The position numbers were made by a program, and so were the translations under genes. From contig OX597817.1 of the NCBI GenBank assembly GCA_951406725.2, positions 138,384,001 to 138,448,000 on the forward strand: a stretch of DNA of 64,000 nt, written 5' to 3'. This stretch comes from Octopus vulgaris. Lineage: Eukaryota. This document shows positions 41,350 to 54,443 of this stretch, in pieces; positions within the stretch are counted from its first letter, which is position 1; each line of letters opens with the position of its first letter. The notes below the pieces were generated by a model. The model had not been told where the DNA came from, searched no databases, and saw nothing but the letters and a program-made list of their open reading frames with translations.

Positions 41350-42190
41350 TCCGTGACGAAAAATACTCTTCCAGTACTGTTCTGACCTCGTCTATAGAAT
41401 TCATATTTTTTCCGTCCAAATGATTTTAAAGACTGTGGAATAAATGATAATCAGATGGAGCAATGTCCGGCGAATATGGTGAGTGGGGCATTGTTTCCCA
41501 TTCAAACAGCTCCAGTCTTTGGAATGTCATCTTAGCTGTATGTGGCCGAGCATTATCCTGATGGAAGAACACCTTTCGTCTTGAAACCGAAGACGGTCGT
41601 TTTTCTTCAAGCGGTCACTTAAGCCGCTCAGGTTGTTCGCAGTAGATCTCCTTTGTTATCGTTTGGTTTGGGTTTAAAAGTGCAAAGTGGATTAAACCTT
41701 TCATATCCCACCAAACAGCTAACAACACCTTACGTGAGTACAGACTATTTTTAGCCTGGGGTGCCAGCGTTTCTTCTTTCACTACCCACTGTCTTCGGCG
41801 CTTGACATTTTTAAAGAGAACCCTTTCTCGTCACCATTCACTATTCGGTCGGAAAAAGGTTCATTCGTGAGACGTGACAGCAAAGAAGAGCAAACATTCA
41901 ATCTCTGCATGCGATTAGACTTGGAAAGTCTAATCCAATTTGCTAACTTTTCCGATGGCACACAGGTGTCGATGAATGGTTGAATGACCAACTCCAAGCT
42001 TTTCTGCTAGTTCCTCAACAGTTACGATGGGATTTTGTTCCAACAGGGTTTGCAGGACGTCCTCGTCAAGCTCTGCAGATCTTCCAGAATGAGATTTGTC
42101 TTCCAGGCTGTAGTTTCCAGCTTGGAATTTCTGGAACCACCATTGACACTGGCTGATGCTTATTGTCTGATCCTCATATACTGCATTAAT
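41350..42190 (-). mobile_element. Mariner (DD34D) transposase pseudogene, truncated
   Basis: INAVYEDQTISISQCQWWFQKFQAGNYSLED..SGR, DRIVNGDEK, FHQDNARPH, HSPYSPDIAPSDYHLF; same family as 49665-50910. Confidence 0.9.
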
Positions 42191-42290
42191 TCTACATGTC
42201 CCTGTAAATTTTGGAGCGAATCGGACGGGACGTAGTGGCATTGAAAGCGATCCAAGCGGTAAAAACGCATTTCAGTTTTATATATAGAGA
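42189..42290 (-). mobile_element. Helitron unit C (5' about 100 bp only)
   Basis: Starts TCTCTATATATAAAACTG directly after the CTAG of unit B; homology ends at the mariner junction. Confidence 0.8.
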
Positions 42291-43493
42291 CTAGCTGAAG
42301 GTGACCCGTTCTACGCGCGGGTAAGAGTTAGGTTGTTACTTTCTGTTGCTTCCTTTCAGCACGTAAAAAGCACCATCCGAACGTGGCCGATTGCAGCGCC
42401 GCTTTGACTTGCTTCTGTGCCGGTGGCACGCAAAAAGCACCAACCGATCGTTGCCGCTGCGTGCCCCCCTGGCACCTGTGCCGGCGGTACGAAAAAAGCA
42501 CCCACTACACTCACAGAGTGGTTGGCGTTAGGAAGGTCATCCACCTGTAGAAACACTGCCAGATCAGACTGGAGCCTGGTGCAGCCTCCTGGCTTCCCAG
42601 ACCCCGGTCACACTGTCCAACCCGTGCTAGCACGGAAAACGGACGTTAAACGATGATGATGATGATTCTCCGTCTTTGTTTCTCTCTCCTTTCTCTCTCA
42701 CTTTCCCACTCTCTTACTTTTCTTTTCTCTCGGACTCTCCCTCGCTTTCTCTTACTCTCTATCTTTATCTCTCTCTCTCCCATTTATAAACAACAGAAGG
42801 TCTTGAGTAAGTTGAGAAATAAAATGTTTAGAAAGATCAATCATAAATATCAGGCAGTAACAACGGAAAGGTCTGCTTCAAGGCAGACAGCAAAACACTA
42901 ACATTTAAAAGGGACAGACGAACTTGCGAGCTGAATAAAAATAATAAAATATTGGAAACCAAAGTTTGAAGGTATAGAATCTGAGGGCAGTAGAGTCAGC
43001 ATGGCTGGCATTTCTTAACGACGGACAGCAACGTTTTGACAGTTTAACGGATGGCGTAAAATTTTGAACTTGATGTAAAAGAAAATCCCTAAAAACCAAG
43101 TTTTGAATTGATTCTTTCTCACGACAGTAGACTCACGATGGCAAGCATTCAAAACTTCTTCATCATGGACGGCAACACATTGACGATTAAAAGGCTGGCG
43201 CAAATTTTTTAGCTTGATCTAACAGAGAATTGCTAAACACCCGCTCCTTTAAATTTTAATCCCCTTCCAGCCCCATTTAGACCCCTTTTCACATTTTGGT
43301 TAATATAACCCGATTTCATTTGGGTCTACTGGGGCCATATTTTATAAGATGAGGAATTTTGTCCTAGAGGTGACGCCTTTCATTTGAGGAAAAAAATAGT
43401 TGTCATGCAAACTTGCCAGCACTTTTAACATAGGTGTGCATATTTTCAGCTGAATCGACCGACTACATAATGCACACATTATATATATATGTG

Positions 43494-43537
<44 letters not shown>

Positions 43538-43854
43538 CGCATTATATATACAAATGTATACAAATGAGATATATATCTGTATAAATTAAATTAGAGATAA
43601 AACCACTAATAGGCAAATCAAACAGTGAAAAACCAAAAACAAAAACATTAAAAAAACATATAATATAGAAAATATATAAAATATAAAATTGAAAAATTTA
43701 AGTTATTTAAATTGAAAATAAAAATTAACTTATATTTATAATTTGTTTAAAAATATATATAACTATGAAAAAGTATGAAAAAGTTTAATATATACATAAA
43801 TACAGATATATACACTTTGTATATATACATTATATATACATATTTATATATAGA

Positions 43855-43885
<31 letters not shown>

Positions 43886-44291
43886 AATAAATGAACACAA
43901 GAATATCTGATTCATAATATTTGTTCTCATGCTTGTGTGTTGTTGGTGACAGACAGATACATAAAAGAAAGCCGATGTGATAGGAAGGTAAGAAACAGAG
44001 TGAGTGAAAAAGAGAGGAAATAGCGAGAGTGACAGATACTTTAAATAACGGTAGTGGAGCTGTCAAAGTTATTAAGAAGGGGAGTGAGAGAGGGAAAGGA
44101 GGAAATAGCGTGAGTGAGGAAGATGGCCCCTAGCAACCACACCTTTTAAGATTGGGATTTCTAACGTAGCCCACGAGCATCGTCATCTCATTCTACATGT
44201 CCCTGTAAATTTTGGAGCGAATCGGACGGGACGTAGTGGCATTGAAAGCGATCCAAGCGGTAAAAACGCATTTCAGTTTTATATATAGAGA
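42291..44291 (-). mobile_element. Non-autonomous Helitron unit B (2001 bp)
   Basis: 5' TC at 44291; 3' hairpin ACCCG-cgcgtagaa-CGGGT, then CACCTTCAG-CTAG ending at 42291. Confidence 0.8.
42358..42667 (+). mobile_element. SINE/RTE-tail fragment carried inside the Helitron (second copy 44358-44668)
   Basis: GCACGTAAAAAGCACC sub-repeats, TGGTTGGCGTTAGGAAGG.CATCCA.CTGTAGAAAC, ends GGACGTTAAAC(GAT)n. Confidence 0.75.
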
Positions 44292-46111
44292 CTAGCTGAA
44301 GGTGACCCGTTCTACGCGCGGGTAAGAGTGTGGTTGCTACTTTCTGTTGCTTCCTTTCAGCACGTAAAAAGCACCATCCGAACGTGGCCGATTGCAGCGC
44401 CGCTTTGACTTGCTTCTGTGCCGGTGGCACGCAAAAAGCACCAGCCGATCGTTGCCGCTGCGTGCCCCCCTGGCACCTGTGCCGGCGACACGAAAAAAGC
44501 ACCCACTACACTCACAGGGTAGTTGGCGTTAGGAAGGTCATCCACCTGTAGAAACACTGCCAGATCAGACTGGAGCCTGGTGCAGCCTCCTGGCTTCCCA
44601 GACCCCGGTCACACTGTCCAACCCGTGCTAGCACGGAAAACGGACGTTAAACGATGATGATGATGATTCTCCGTCTTTGTTTCTCTCTCCTTTCTCTCTC
44701 ACTTTCCCACTCTCTTACTTTTCTTTTCTCTCGGACTCTCCCTTGCTTTCTTTTACTCTCTATCTTTATCTATCTCTCTCCCATTTATAAACAACAGAAG
44801 ATCTTGAGTAAGTTGAGAAATAAAATGTTTAGAAAGATCAATCATAAATATCAGGCAGTAACAACGGAAAGGTCTGCTTCAAGGCAGACAGCAAAACGCT
44901 AACATTTAAAAGGGACAGACGAACTTGCGAGCTGAATAAAAATAATAAAATATTGGAAACCAAAGTTTGAAGGGATAGAATTTGAGGATAGTAGAGTCAC
45001 CATGGCTGGCATTTCTTAACGACGGGCAGCAACGTTTTGACAGTTTAACGGCTCGCGTAAAATTTTGAACTTGATGTAAAAGAAAATCCCTAAAAACCAA
45101 GTTTTGAATTGATTCTTTCTCACGACAGTAGACTCACGATGGCAAGCATTCAAAACTTCTTCATCATGGACGGCAACACATTGACGATTAAAAGGCTGGC
45201 GCAAATTTTTTAGCTTGATGTAATAGAGAATTGCTAAACACCCGCTCCTTTAAATTTTAATCCCCTTCCAGCCCCATTTAGACCCCTTTTCATATTTTGG
45301 TTAATATAACCCGATTTCATTTGGGTCTACTGGGGCCACACTTTATAAGATGAGGACTCAACCAAGTTTCCCAAGTTCTGGTCATAGACCATAGAACACT
45401 CAACCAAGTTTCCCGAGTTCTGGTCATAGACCATAGAACACTCAACCAAGTTTCCCGAGTTCTGGTCATAGACCATAGAACACTCAACCAAGTTTCCCGA
45501 GTTCTGGTCCTTTGCAGAATAAATAGAGACGGCGGAGGTGGCAGACGTCGTTGCAATGTAAACATGATTTGTTTTAAGAGAAAGATTGTCCAGATTGTGT
45601 GTTGGTGGTGGTGGTGGCGATGATAATTATCTTTATGAATGGAGATAAAGAGAAATTGAAGGGGAGTTAGAGGTAGAAAGAAAAGGTGTAAATTTTGGAG
45701 TGAATCCGACGGGATGTAGTGGGCTTTAACCCCGGCAAAAAAAATAATATCTGTTGCGTTTCTGAAAGAGGTGAAGTAAGAATATTGAAACTTTTGCGGC
45801 TGTCATTGATAGACTCGTTGTAGAATAAATAGAGACGGCGAAAAAAGAGAGAGCTCGAGAAAGAAAAGGTAATATATGAAAGAGAAGACGGGAAAATGAA
45901 ATATTTTGCAATGTAAACATGATTTGTTTTAAGAGAAAGATTGTCATGATTGTGTGTTGGTGGTGGTGGTAGCGATGATAATTATCATTAGGAAAAAGAG
46001 TGGGTGAGTGAGGAAGACATATACATAAGTTGTGGCGATGATAATTCTAGACCCCTTTTCACATTTTGATGAAGAGAACCCGATTTCATTCGGGTCTACT
46101 GGGGCCACATA

Positions 46112-46166
<55 letters not shown>

Positions 46167-46709
46167 ACGCTGTAGAAATTAAATTAGAGATAAAACCACT
46201 AATAGGGAAATGAAACAGTAAAAAACAAAAAACAAAAACATAAAAATAAAAATATAATATTAGATATATGTATATATATGTGTGTGTGTGTGTGTGTTGA
46301 CAGGTAGACAATAGAATGCGATGGCGATGGCGATGTAATATTTGTTTATGTCTATGAACGCAGATAGATACATGAGAAAAATGTATGGGAAGCTAAGAGA
46401 TAGAGTGAGTGAAAATGTTCTTGGAAGAGAGGAAATAGCGAGAGAGTGATTTGAGGAAGACTTTACATTAAATAACGGGAGTGGACTTGTCAAATGAAGA
46501 GGAGTGAGAGGGTCTGGAGGAAATAGCGTGAGTGAGGAAGATGCCCCCTAGCAACCACACCTTTTAAGATAGGGATTTCTAAGGTAGCCCACGAGCATCA
46601 TCACCTCATTTTACATGTCCCTGTAAATTTTGGAGCGAATCGGACGGGATGTAGTGGCATTGAAAGCGATCCAAGCGGTAAAAACGCATTTCAGTTTTAT
46701 ATATAGAGA
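44292..46709 (-). mobile_element. Non-autonomous Helitron unit A (2418 bp)
   Basis: A|TCTCTATATATAAAACTG start at 46709; 3' hairpin + CTAG at 44292; 44292-45355 is nearly identical to 42291-43355. Confidence 0.8.
45356..45509. repeat. 42-bp minisatellite, about 3.7 copies
   Basis: ACTCAACCAAGTTTCCCGAGTTCTGGTCATAGACCATAGAAC starting at 45356, 45398, 45440, and a partial copy at 45482. Confidence 0.95.
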
Positions 46710-46962
46710 TATATACGAATCTAGTCAACACACAAGACAGCTATTATGCTCCCACCACAAAAAAAATCACCACGTCGACTCTGATGAGACTAGTAAGAAA
46801 CAATTATGAACTTTTTTATAACACTTGTAAAAATATTTTTGATAAGGTTCGTTTTTTCAAGAAGAACCGAAACGTAAAATTTCTAAGAAAATTCAAATTT
46901 ATCTTATATAGTGGCGTTTTCAAACTTCTTTTTTATAAATATATACCCACTCGTATATCACC

Positions 46963-46965
<3 letters not shown>
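46710..46965 (+). mobile_element. Penelope-like repeat fragment, family C
   Basis: Paralog of 30622-30900. Confidence 0.65.
46835..46880 (+). ncRNA. Minimal type I hammerhead ribozyme, U3-A8 core variant, family C
   Basis: ATTT-TTGATAA-GGTTC gttttttcaagaa GAACC-GAAACGTA-AAAT. Confidence 0.7.
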
Positions 46966-46996
<31 letters not shown>

Positions 46997-47000
46997 TATC

Positions 47001-47024
<24 letters not shown>

Positions 47025-47043
<19 letters not shown>

Positions 47044-48203
47044 AATGTGTGTATGTCTGTCTGTCTGTGTGTTTCCCTAAAATTTGAGAACTACACAACC
47101 AATTTCATTCAAATTTTACACATGCCTTACTTAGGGTCCGAAAGGTGTAATCGGCAAAAAAAATTTTAACTTTTTGCCTAGGGCGAGCCCACAGCAATAT
47201 CATATCTTCTCCATTACGATTCGCTAAAACTTGAGAACTACACAACCAATTTCATTCAAATTTTACAGGTGTCTTACTTAGGGTCCGTGTAGTTTTATAG
47301 GCAAAAAAATGTTCAACTTCTTGCCTAGAGCGAGCCCATAGCAATATCATATCTTCTCCACTATTTCAGTATTACATGTTAAAAGTGAAACAAAAACATT
47401 TCTCTATTTTATGTCAGATGCTTTCACTTTAACAATAAAAATAATAATAACAATTGAATTATATGTAGTAAGTAATAATTAAAATCAAACTAAAGTATAA
47501 TATAATCGTAACATAACAAAAGTAAAAATAGTAATTGGTATAAAATTGCATCAATGACTTGAACTTGAATAAATGGTTTCACATGAATGGGAATAAATTA
47601 AAAATAAAATTAGCGTGCAGAAATGGAATAGTCCAGATGGATAATAAAAAATTAAATTAAAGAAAAGAATATTGTCTATAGAGTATACAATGTAGAGAAA
47701 AAAGATTTGAACACCTGGAGGAAAGCACCTTCGAAAAGTGTCTTGGTGCGACTATGAAAGATATCTAACCAGAGGCGGTAAATTCGCCACAATAGAAGCA
47801 AGGTTCGAGTCAACGGAGCGTGCAAGGAGCGAGTACTCGACTCGAACTTGCAAAGTGGAAACATTATATTTTTACCTTTATATCTGGGACGTAGGACGTC
47901 CCGGATAAAAATTAAAAATGCCCTCCCCCCCAGAAGTAGAGGTAGGCTGGATTGTAGCCACACTTCTATACTAGAGGGAGGACAAGATACAATTGATCAA
48001 AATTACAAGAGACGGGCTAACAATTCCAGTCTGTTATATATTTTAAGTATTGTTATCACTAGCGATATCAAGATATAACTTTGTATTTTGTATTTTATGT
48101 GTAGATGTATATATATAGATGTACATGTAATATGTACACATATATATACACATATATACATGCACTAGCACTATGACCCGGCAACGACGGGTCATAATGC
48201 TAG
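47025..48203 (+). mobile_element. Non-autonomous Helitron, second family
   Basis: 5' TATATATAAACTGAGAATG (compare TC-start copy at 62394); internal about 140-bp tandem duplication at 47077-47360; 3' hairpin ACCCG-gcaacga-CGGGT, then CTAG|T at 48200-48204. Confidence 0.7.
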
Positions 48204-48441
48204 TATATATATATATATATCTGAATTCAAGATATATATATATATATCTTGAATCTCTTCAATAATGACTTTTATTACTTTTATTCCTACCTCAATTCAT
48301 CTAATTGTATATATATCTGTCGTTACCTTTCATAAAAAGCCATTTCTTTTTTTTATTTACAATGTGCATTTTCGTTGATTTTTCTTACTTTCCCCTTACA
48401 TTTCCACGTGTAGTTTCTATTTTCATTTTGTAACATATTTC

Positions 48442-48529
<88 letters not shown>

Positions 48530-48539
48530 TATGTATATG

Positions 48540-48575
<36 letters not shown>

Positions 48576-48589
48576 TGTATGTATGTATG

Positions 48590-48623
<34 letters not shown>

Positions 48624-48846
48624 TCTATGTATGCATATATATTTCTGTATATCACATATATGCACATAGATTTGTGTGTATCTTTTGTAATTCCTGTATG
48701 CGAATGTGTACGTGTCTATGTTTATGTCGAAACTACTGGTATTTAAAATTTATTAAAATAGTCGCATCTAGACACAGGGGCTAAACACGTGTGTCCGGGG
48801 GCATTTCACACACACGCACACACGCACGCACACACACAAAGACACA

Positions 48847-48895
<49 letters not shown>

Positions 48896-49427
48896 ATTTA
48901 AACGTGTTTGTATTGTGTATATATTCATTAATCATGAACACGAGTTTGTAAAAGTGCACACGTGTCAACACATGCAGGGCATGTGTATACACAAACACAC
49001 ACACATATATATGCATGCCTATCTGTGCGCGTGGGAGGCTTGTATACCCCGTATAGGCGTAGTGTATAGATGTTGAAGGTTAAACATGTGTATACACGTG
49101 TTTCTCTCGGTGCACATGTTTAACTGTCTTTCAGTTAAATCCCGCGCATGCAACCCCACACATACGTAGACACGCATGCACGCACACATACAAACATATA
49201 ACACCACACGTATACACACATACACACATATACATACATACATACATACATACATACATACATACATACATACATACATACATACATACATACACGATTA
49301 GATGGGTATGCATCTATATGTATTTGTGCGTGCGTGTGTGTACGTGGGGCTCCATAAATATATCGTTATACACACCCACGTCTACCAAAACCAATATTAT
49401 GAACACGTGTTTGTATACATACAAATT

Positions 49428-49484
<57 letters not shown>

Positions 49485-49598
49485 CGTTTCTCGTTGTGTT
49501 CAATGATTTTTTTAATGTCCTGTACCCATATATGTATGTATATATACATATAGATGTAGGTATGCACATATATGTATGTATATATGCATATATTTATA

Positions 49599-49652
<54 letters not shown>

Positions 49653-49664
49653 CATATATATAGA

Positions 49665-50910
49665 GGGCGGTTTTTTCAATTGCATGAATTAAAAGTCAGA
49701 GGGGGACAGAATAAACTACCCGCATCAACTTGCTATAAAAGCAGGTAGTAATTTTACCTTGTACTTATTCTTAGTGTAAGTGTTGAAGAGTGCAGTTCAG
49801 TTTTAACAACTATTTTTCCAAAGCTATTATGAAAGTGACAAAAGAGCATATTCGGCATATTTTGCTTTATGAGTTTAATAAAGGCAACATCGAAATGGAA
49901 AGTGTGAGGAATATTAATGCAGTATATGGGAACTGGACAATAAGCATAAACCATTGTCAACGGTGATTCCAAAAATTCTGAACCTGAAACCACGGCTTAA
50001 AAGGCGAACCTCGCCTTGGAAGATCTGTAGAGCTCGACGAGGACGTCCTGCAAGCCTTGGTGGAACAAAATCCCCTCGTAACTGTTGAGGAACCAGCAGA
50101 GAAGCTTGGATTTTAACATTCAACCATTCACTGACACATGCGTGCCATCGGAAAAGTCACCAAATTGGATTAGACTTTCCGATTCTACTCGCGAGCAAAG
50201 AGTGAATGTGTGCTCATCTTTGCTGTCACGTTTCACCAATGAACCTTTTGTTCGACCGAATAGTGACTGAAGACGAGAAAGGGTTCTCTATAAAAATGTC
50301 AAGCGCTGAAGACAGTGGGTAGTGAAAGGAGAAACACCGGTGCCCCAGGCTAAAGAAGGTCTTCACCCACGTCAGGTGTTGTTATCTGTTTGGTGAGATA
50401 TGAAAGGTTTAGTCCACTTTGAACTTTTAAACCCAAACCAAATGATAACAAAGGAGATCTACTGCAAGCAGCTTGAGTGACTCAAGTGACCGCTTGAAGA
50501 AAAACGACTATCTTTGTTTCAAGACGATAAGGTGTTCTTCCATCAGGATAATTCTTGGCTACATACAGCGAGGATGACATTCCAAGGCTTCAGCATTTTG
50601 AATGGGAAACGATGCCCCACCCACCATGTTTGCCGGACATTGCTCCATCTGATTATCATTTATTCCGCAGTCTTCAAAATTATTTGGACGGAAAAAATAC
50701 AAATTCTGTAGACGAGGTCAGAACAGTACTGGAAGAGTATTTTTCGTCACGGACAAGTGATTTTGGAAAAGGGTCCTTGCAAGTCTACCAGATAGATGGA
50801 AGAGCATTGTAGAAAATGAAGGAGAGTATATTTTAGATTAAAAAAGAACTTTATCTTAATTTTGAAAAATAAAAGAAGTATGAAAAACGGCATTATTTAT
50901 GGCATGACCC
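49665..50910 (+). mobile_element. Near-full-length mariner (DD34D) with disabled transposase
   Basis: MKVTKEHIRHILLYEFNKG.., RIVT.DEK, FHQDN, PHPP..PDIAPSDYHLFRSLQNYLDGK; right end ..CATTATTTATGGCATGACCCAAT next to (TA)n; multiple stops and frameshifts. Confidence 0.92.
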
Positions 50911-50911
50911 A

Positions 50912-50980
<69 letters not shown>

Positions 50981-51824
50981 CTATACATACACGCGTCTTA
51001 TTATCAGGTTGTATGTGAGGAGCGTGAGATGTTACAGTTTTCAATATTTCAATATTTCTCTCTACATTAATTTAGTTTTGTTCTCCAGGTTAATTTACCA
51101 GAAATTATTTCACGGATGAAATTGTCGCAAATGAACAAAATTTTTTCAGATCGATTTCCGAGAACGGAAATTTATGCGTTTTGTAGTTTCTGGTCAGGAA
51201 ATGATTTCCAGTATTCTAAATCGTAAACCTCAATAATTTTATGCTTTACTAAAGAAAAAAAAAAAAAGTGCACATTTCTCGGGTTGTTTACTGAATATGA
51301 TAAAGTTAAACGTATGCTTACTTTGAATTAAATATTAATTTAATTATTCTGTTTGAAAGTGAGTCACTGGATTTACATTAAAAACCACATCGACTATAAA
51401 TAAATAAGGCTTATATCTCGGTATGCTGAGAATGTTTTCTTTCTTTCCTCAAGAAAAAACCACGACTGTTCTGTTTATTTATCTCATCACATTTTAACTA
51501 GAATGACAAGTGGTAATAGCATGATGAATTTAGGGCGGTGCTACATTTACGGTACGCGTTCATGTCGTCTGTCTCTGTCATTCATCTCTGTCTCTTTCTT
51601 TCTGCTTCTCCGTTTCTCTTTCAGTCAAATTTTCCCCACTTCTGGATGACTCATAAATCAAGATAAACGTGAACAAACAACGAGACGAGTTCGCAGTTTC
51701 GAGACACCATCCACTAACAAGTGCATTGTTGTCTTGGGAAAGGCATGCACGACCAAATATCTTCCTTCCTTCAATTTAAAATATCAGACCTAATGCCTGG
51801 TTGGGAATAACTCAATGTCGTAGA

Positions 51825-52400
51825 ACATGAGGCGCGAGTTTCAGAGAGTGCAACTATATCAAGGGAATATTTCTTAAGCTCACATGCAATAAGTGCAGTA
51901 CGCCTTTCTCTCCTCTTGTTGAAATTATTATCAAGAAGCGTGCGGACATTCCAACAACCAAAATTCAAAGGATGTTTATTTTTACTTTTACTTGAAGATT
52001 GTTTGACCACAGTGGCAGGATGGCGACTGGGTCCAGCCTGTGATACACTGGAACACCTGCCGAGCCAGACCTGTTCCCCTGAGGTTCCCAAGCCTTTTTT
52101 GCCGTTAACTGAATCTGTTTGAAACATTTTAGAGTAAGTTACAAGTGCATTTTTAGGTTTCTGCCAACCAACCAATTCAATGATTTTACGAAGATTTGGT
52201 GTACAGGAAGTTCCTGTGCAGATGAATACTTTTCAGTGAGTGTAGCTTGCAGTGCTCTACCTCCACCTATTGGCCAAAGATGACTTTCGCCGGTGTGACA
52301 TGAAAATTGACAAAACCAGGAACTTCCAAGGCCCCAGGTTTTATTTCGGAGATTTCGTTCTAGGTAGATTACCAACCAAGGTTAAAGAGCTTCTATCTGT
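51825..52400 (-). mobile_element. RTE LINE 5' UTR and start of the APE endonuclease
   Basis: PLNFGCWNVRTLLD..ERRTALIACELKKYSLDIVALSETR. Confidence 0.88.
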
Positions 52401-52519
52401 CCATGAGGTAAGCAATCCCATTCCAGACAATAAACCGACATTCAAACACTCTATAAAGGGATCAAATATCATTCCGGTATCCGACACGGAGTAGCTCATT
52501 CACACATAAAAAAATGTAA

Positions 52520-52650
52520 GAGTATTAAAACGTTTCCAAGACGCAACGAAAATTTTAGGAACAATAAATAAGTAAATGAGTGGAAACTTTACTGGTGAGT
52601 GTGTTAAATATAATAAGGCACTAAAAGAGAATGACTCTCCCCAGACACAA
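52520..52650 (-). repeat. About 130-bp interspersed repeat; inverted copy at 55843-55965
   Basis: GTGTCTGGGGAGAGTCATT..AACACACTCACC.GTAAA..TTCCACT..CCTAAAATTTTCGTTGCGTCTTG shared in opposite orientation. Confidence 0.75.
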
Positions 52651-52664
52651 CAATATATATATAT

Positions 52665-52815
52665 GGAATGGCTGTGTGGTAAGTAGCTTGCTTCCTAACC
52701 ACACGGGGGTTCAATCCCACTGCGTGACACTTTGAGCAAGTCTCTTCTACCATTGCCTCGGGCGGACCAAAGCCTTGTGAATGGATTTGATAGACAGAAA
52801 CTGAAAGAAGCCCGT

Positions 52816-52855
<40 letters not shown>

Positions 52856-53068
52856 TATTTGTGTGTCTGGGTTTGTTCCACCTACAATCACTTGACAACC
52901 GATGCTGGTGTGTTTACGTCCCCGTAACTTAGCAGTTCGGAAAAAGAGACCGATAGAATAATTACTTGGCTTACAGCGAATAAGTCGTGGGGTCGATTTG
53001 TTTGACTAAAAGGCGGTGCTCCAGCGTGGCCGCAGCCAAATGACTGATACAAGTAAAAGAGTAAAAGA
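52665..53068 (+). mobile_element. SINE family 2, full length
   Basis: TGGCTGTGTGGTAAG head, GGGTTCAATCCC B box, tail GGCGGTGCTCCAGCGTGGCCGCAG..AAGTAAAAGAGTAAAAGAG. Confidence 0.88.
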
Positions 53069-53282
53069 GCAAATATTTTTAAAAAACAAATCCTTCTCAT
53101 TCTTATCAATCTGTCTGTCCGTTTGTCTTCTCTCTTTCTCACTCTACACACGCAAGCACGCGTGCTGTTCACACTCACATGCCTCTACATGCGCAGAGTT
53201 TGTTGCATGTGCAAAAATACAGACGTATTTAAACAGCCAGCTCACAAGAACATATTATGCGCTCCGCATATACATACATACA

Positions 53283-53318
<36 letters not shown>

Positions 53319-53340
53319 CATATACATATATACGTATAAA

Positions 53341-53408
<68 letters not shown>

Positions 53409-53619
53409 CATACATACATACAAACTATATATACATACATACATACATACGTGTGTGTGTGTGTGCGTGTGTGTGTGTGTGTGTGTGTATTTACGTGTGC
53501 GAATATTTATCTATTTACCTATATGTATACGTGTGTGTGTGTCTGGTGAGGTTGTCTGTGTAGAAACTGACAAACTTGCAGCAGTTAACACAGAAACTCA
53601 TGAATTTGATATGCACCAA

Positions 53620-53625
53620 TGCACG

Positions 53626-53688
<63 letters not shown>

Positions 53689-54268
53689 ACACAAGCACGC
53701 ACGCATAGTCTTTCTCTATCTCTCCCTCTTTCGCTCTCTCTTAATCACATGCACACAAATACTAACACACGTACGAATACACGCACGCACACACACAGTC
53801 TTTCTTTTTTTCTCTCTCTCTCTCAGTCCCATGCACACACATACAAACACACACACACACACTAACATACACGCATACACACACAAACACAGTCTTTCTT
53901 TCTTTTTTCTTTCTCTCTCTCTCTCAATCACATGCACACACATACTAACACACGTACGCATGCACACACACACACACGCACACACACACACACACATACA
54001 CACACAAACATACAGTCTTTCTTTCTCTCTCTCTCTCTCAGTCCCATGCACACACATACAAACACACACACACGCACACACACACACATACACACACACA
54101 AACATACAGTCTTTCTTTCTTTCTCTCTCTCTCTCTCAGTCCCATGCACACACATACAAACACACACATACACATACACACACAAACACAAGTCTTTCTT
54201 TCTTTCTTTTTTTCTTTCTCTCTCTCTCTTTCAATCACATGCACACACATACTAACACACGTACGCAT

Positions 54269-54307
<39 letters not shown>

Positions 54308-54406
54308 CTTTCTTTCTCTTTCTCTCTCTCTCAGTCCCATGCACACACATACAAAAACACACACGCACACACACACACATACACACACAAACATACAGTC
54401 TTTCTT

Positions 54407-54443
<37 letters not shown>

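Noticed and set aside
45356-45509. CRISPR array or 14-aa repeat protein (TRTRETWLSVLWSM)
   Set aside because: Contiguous tandem repeat without spacers; the ORF follows from a unit length divisible by three.
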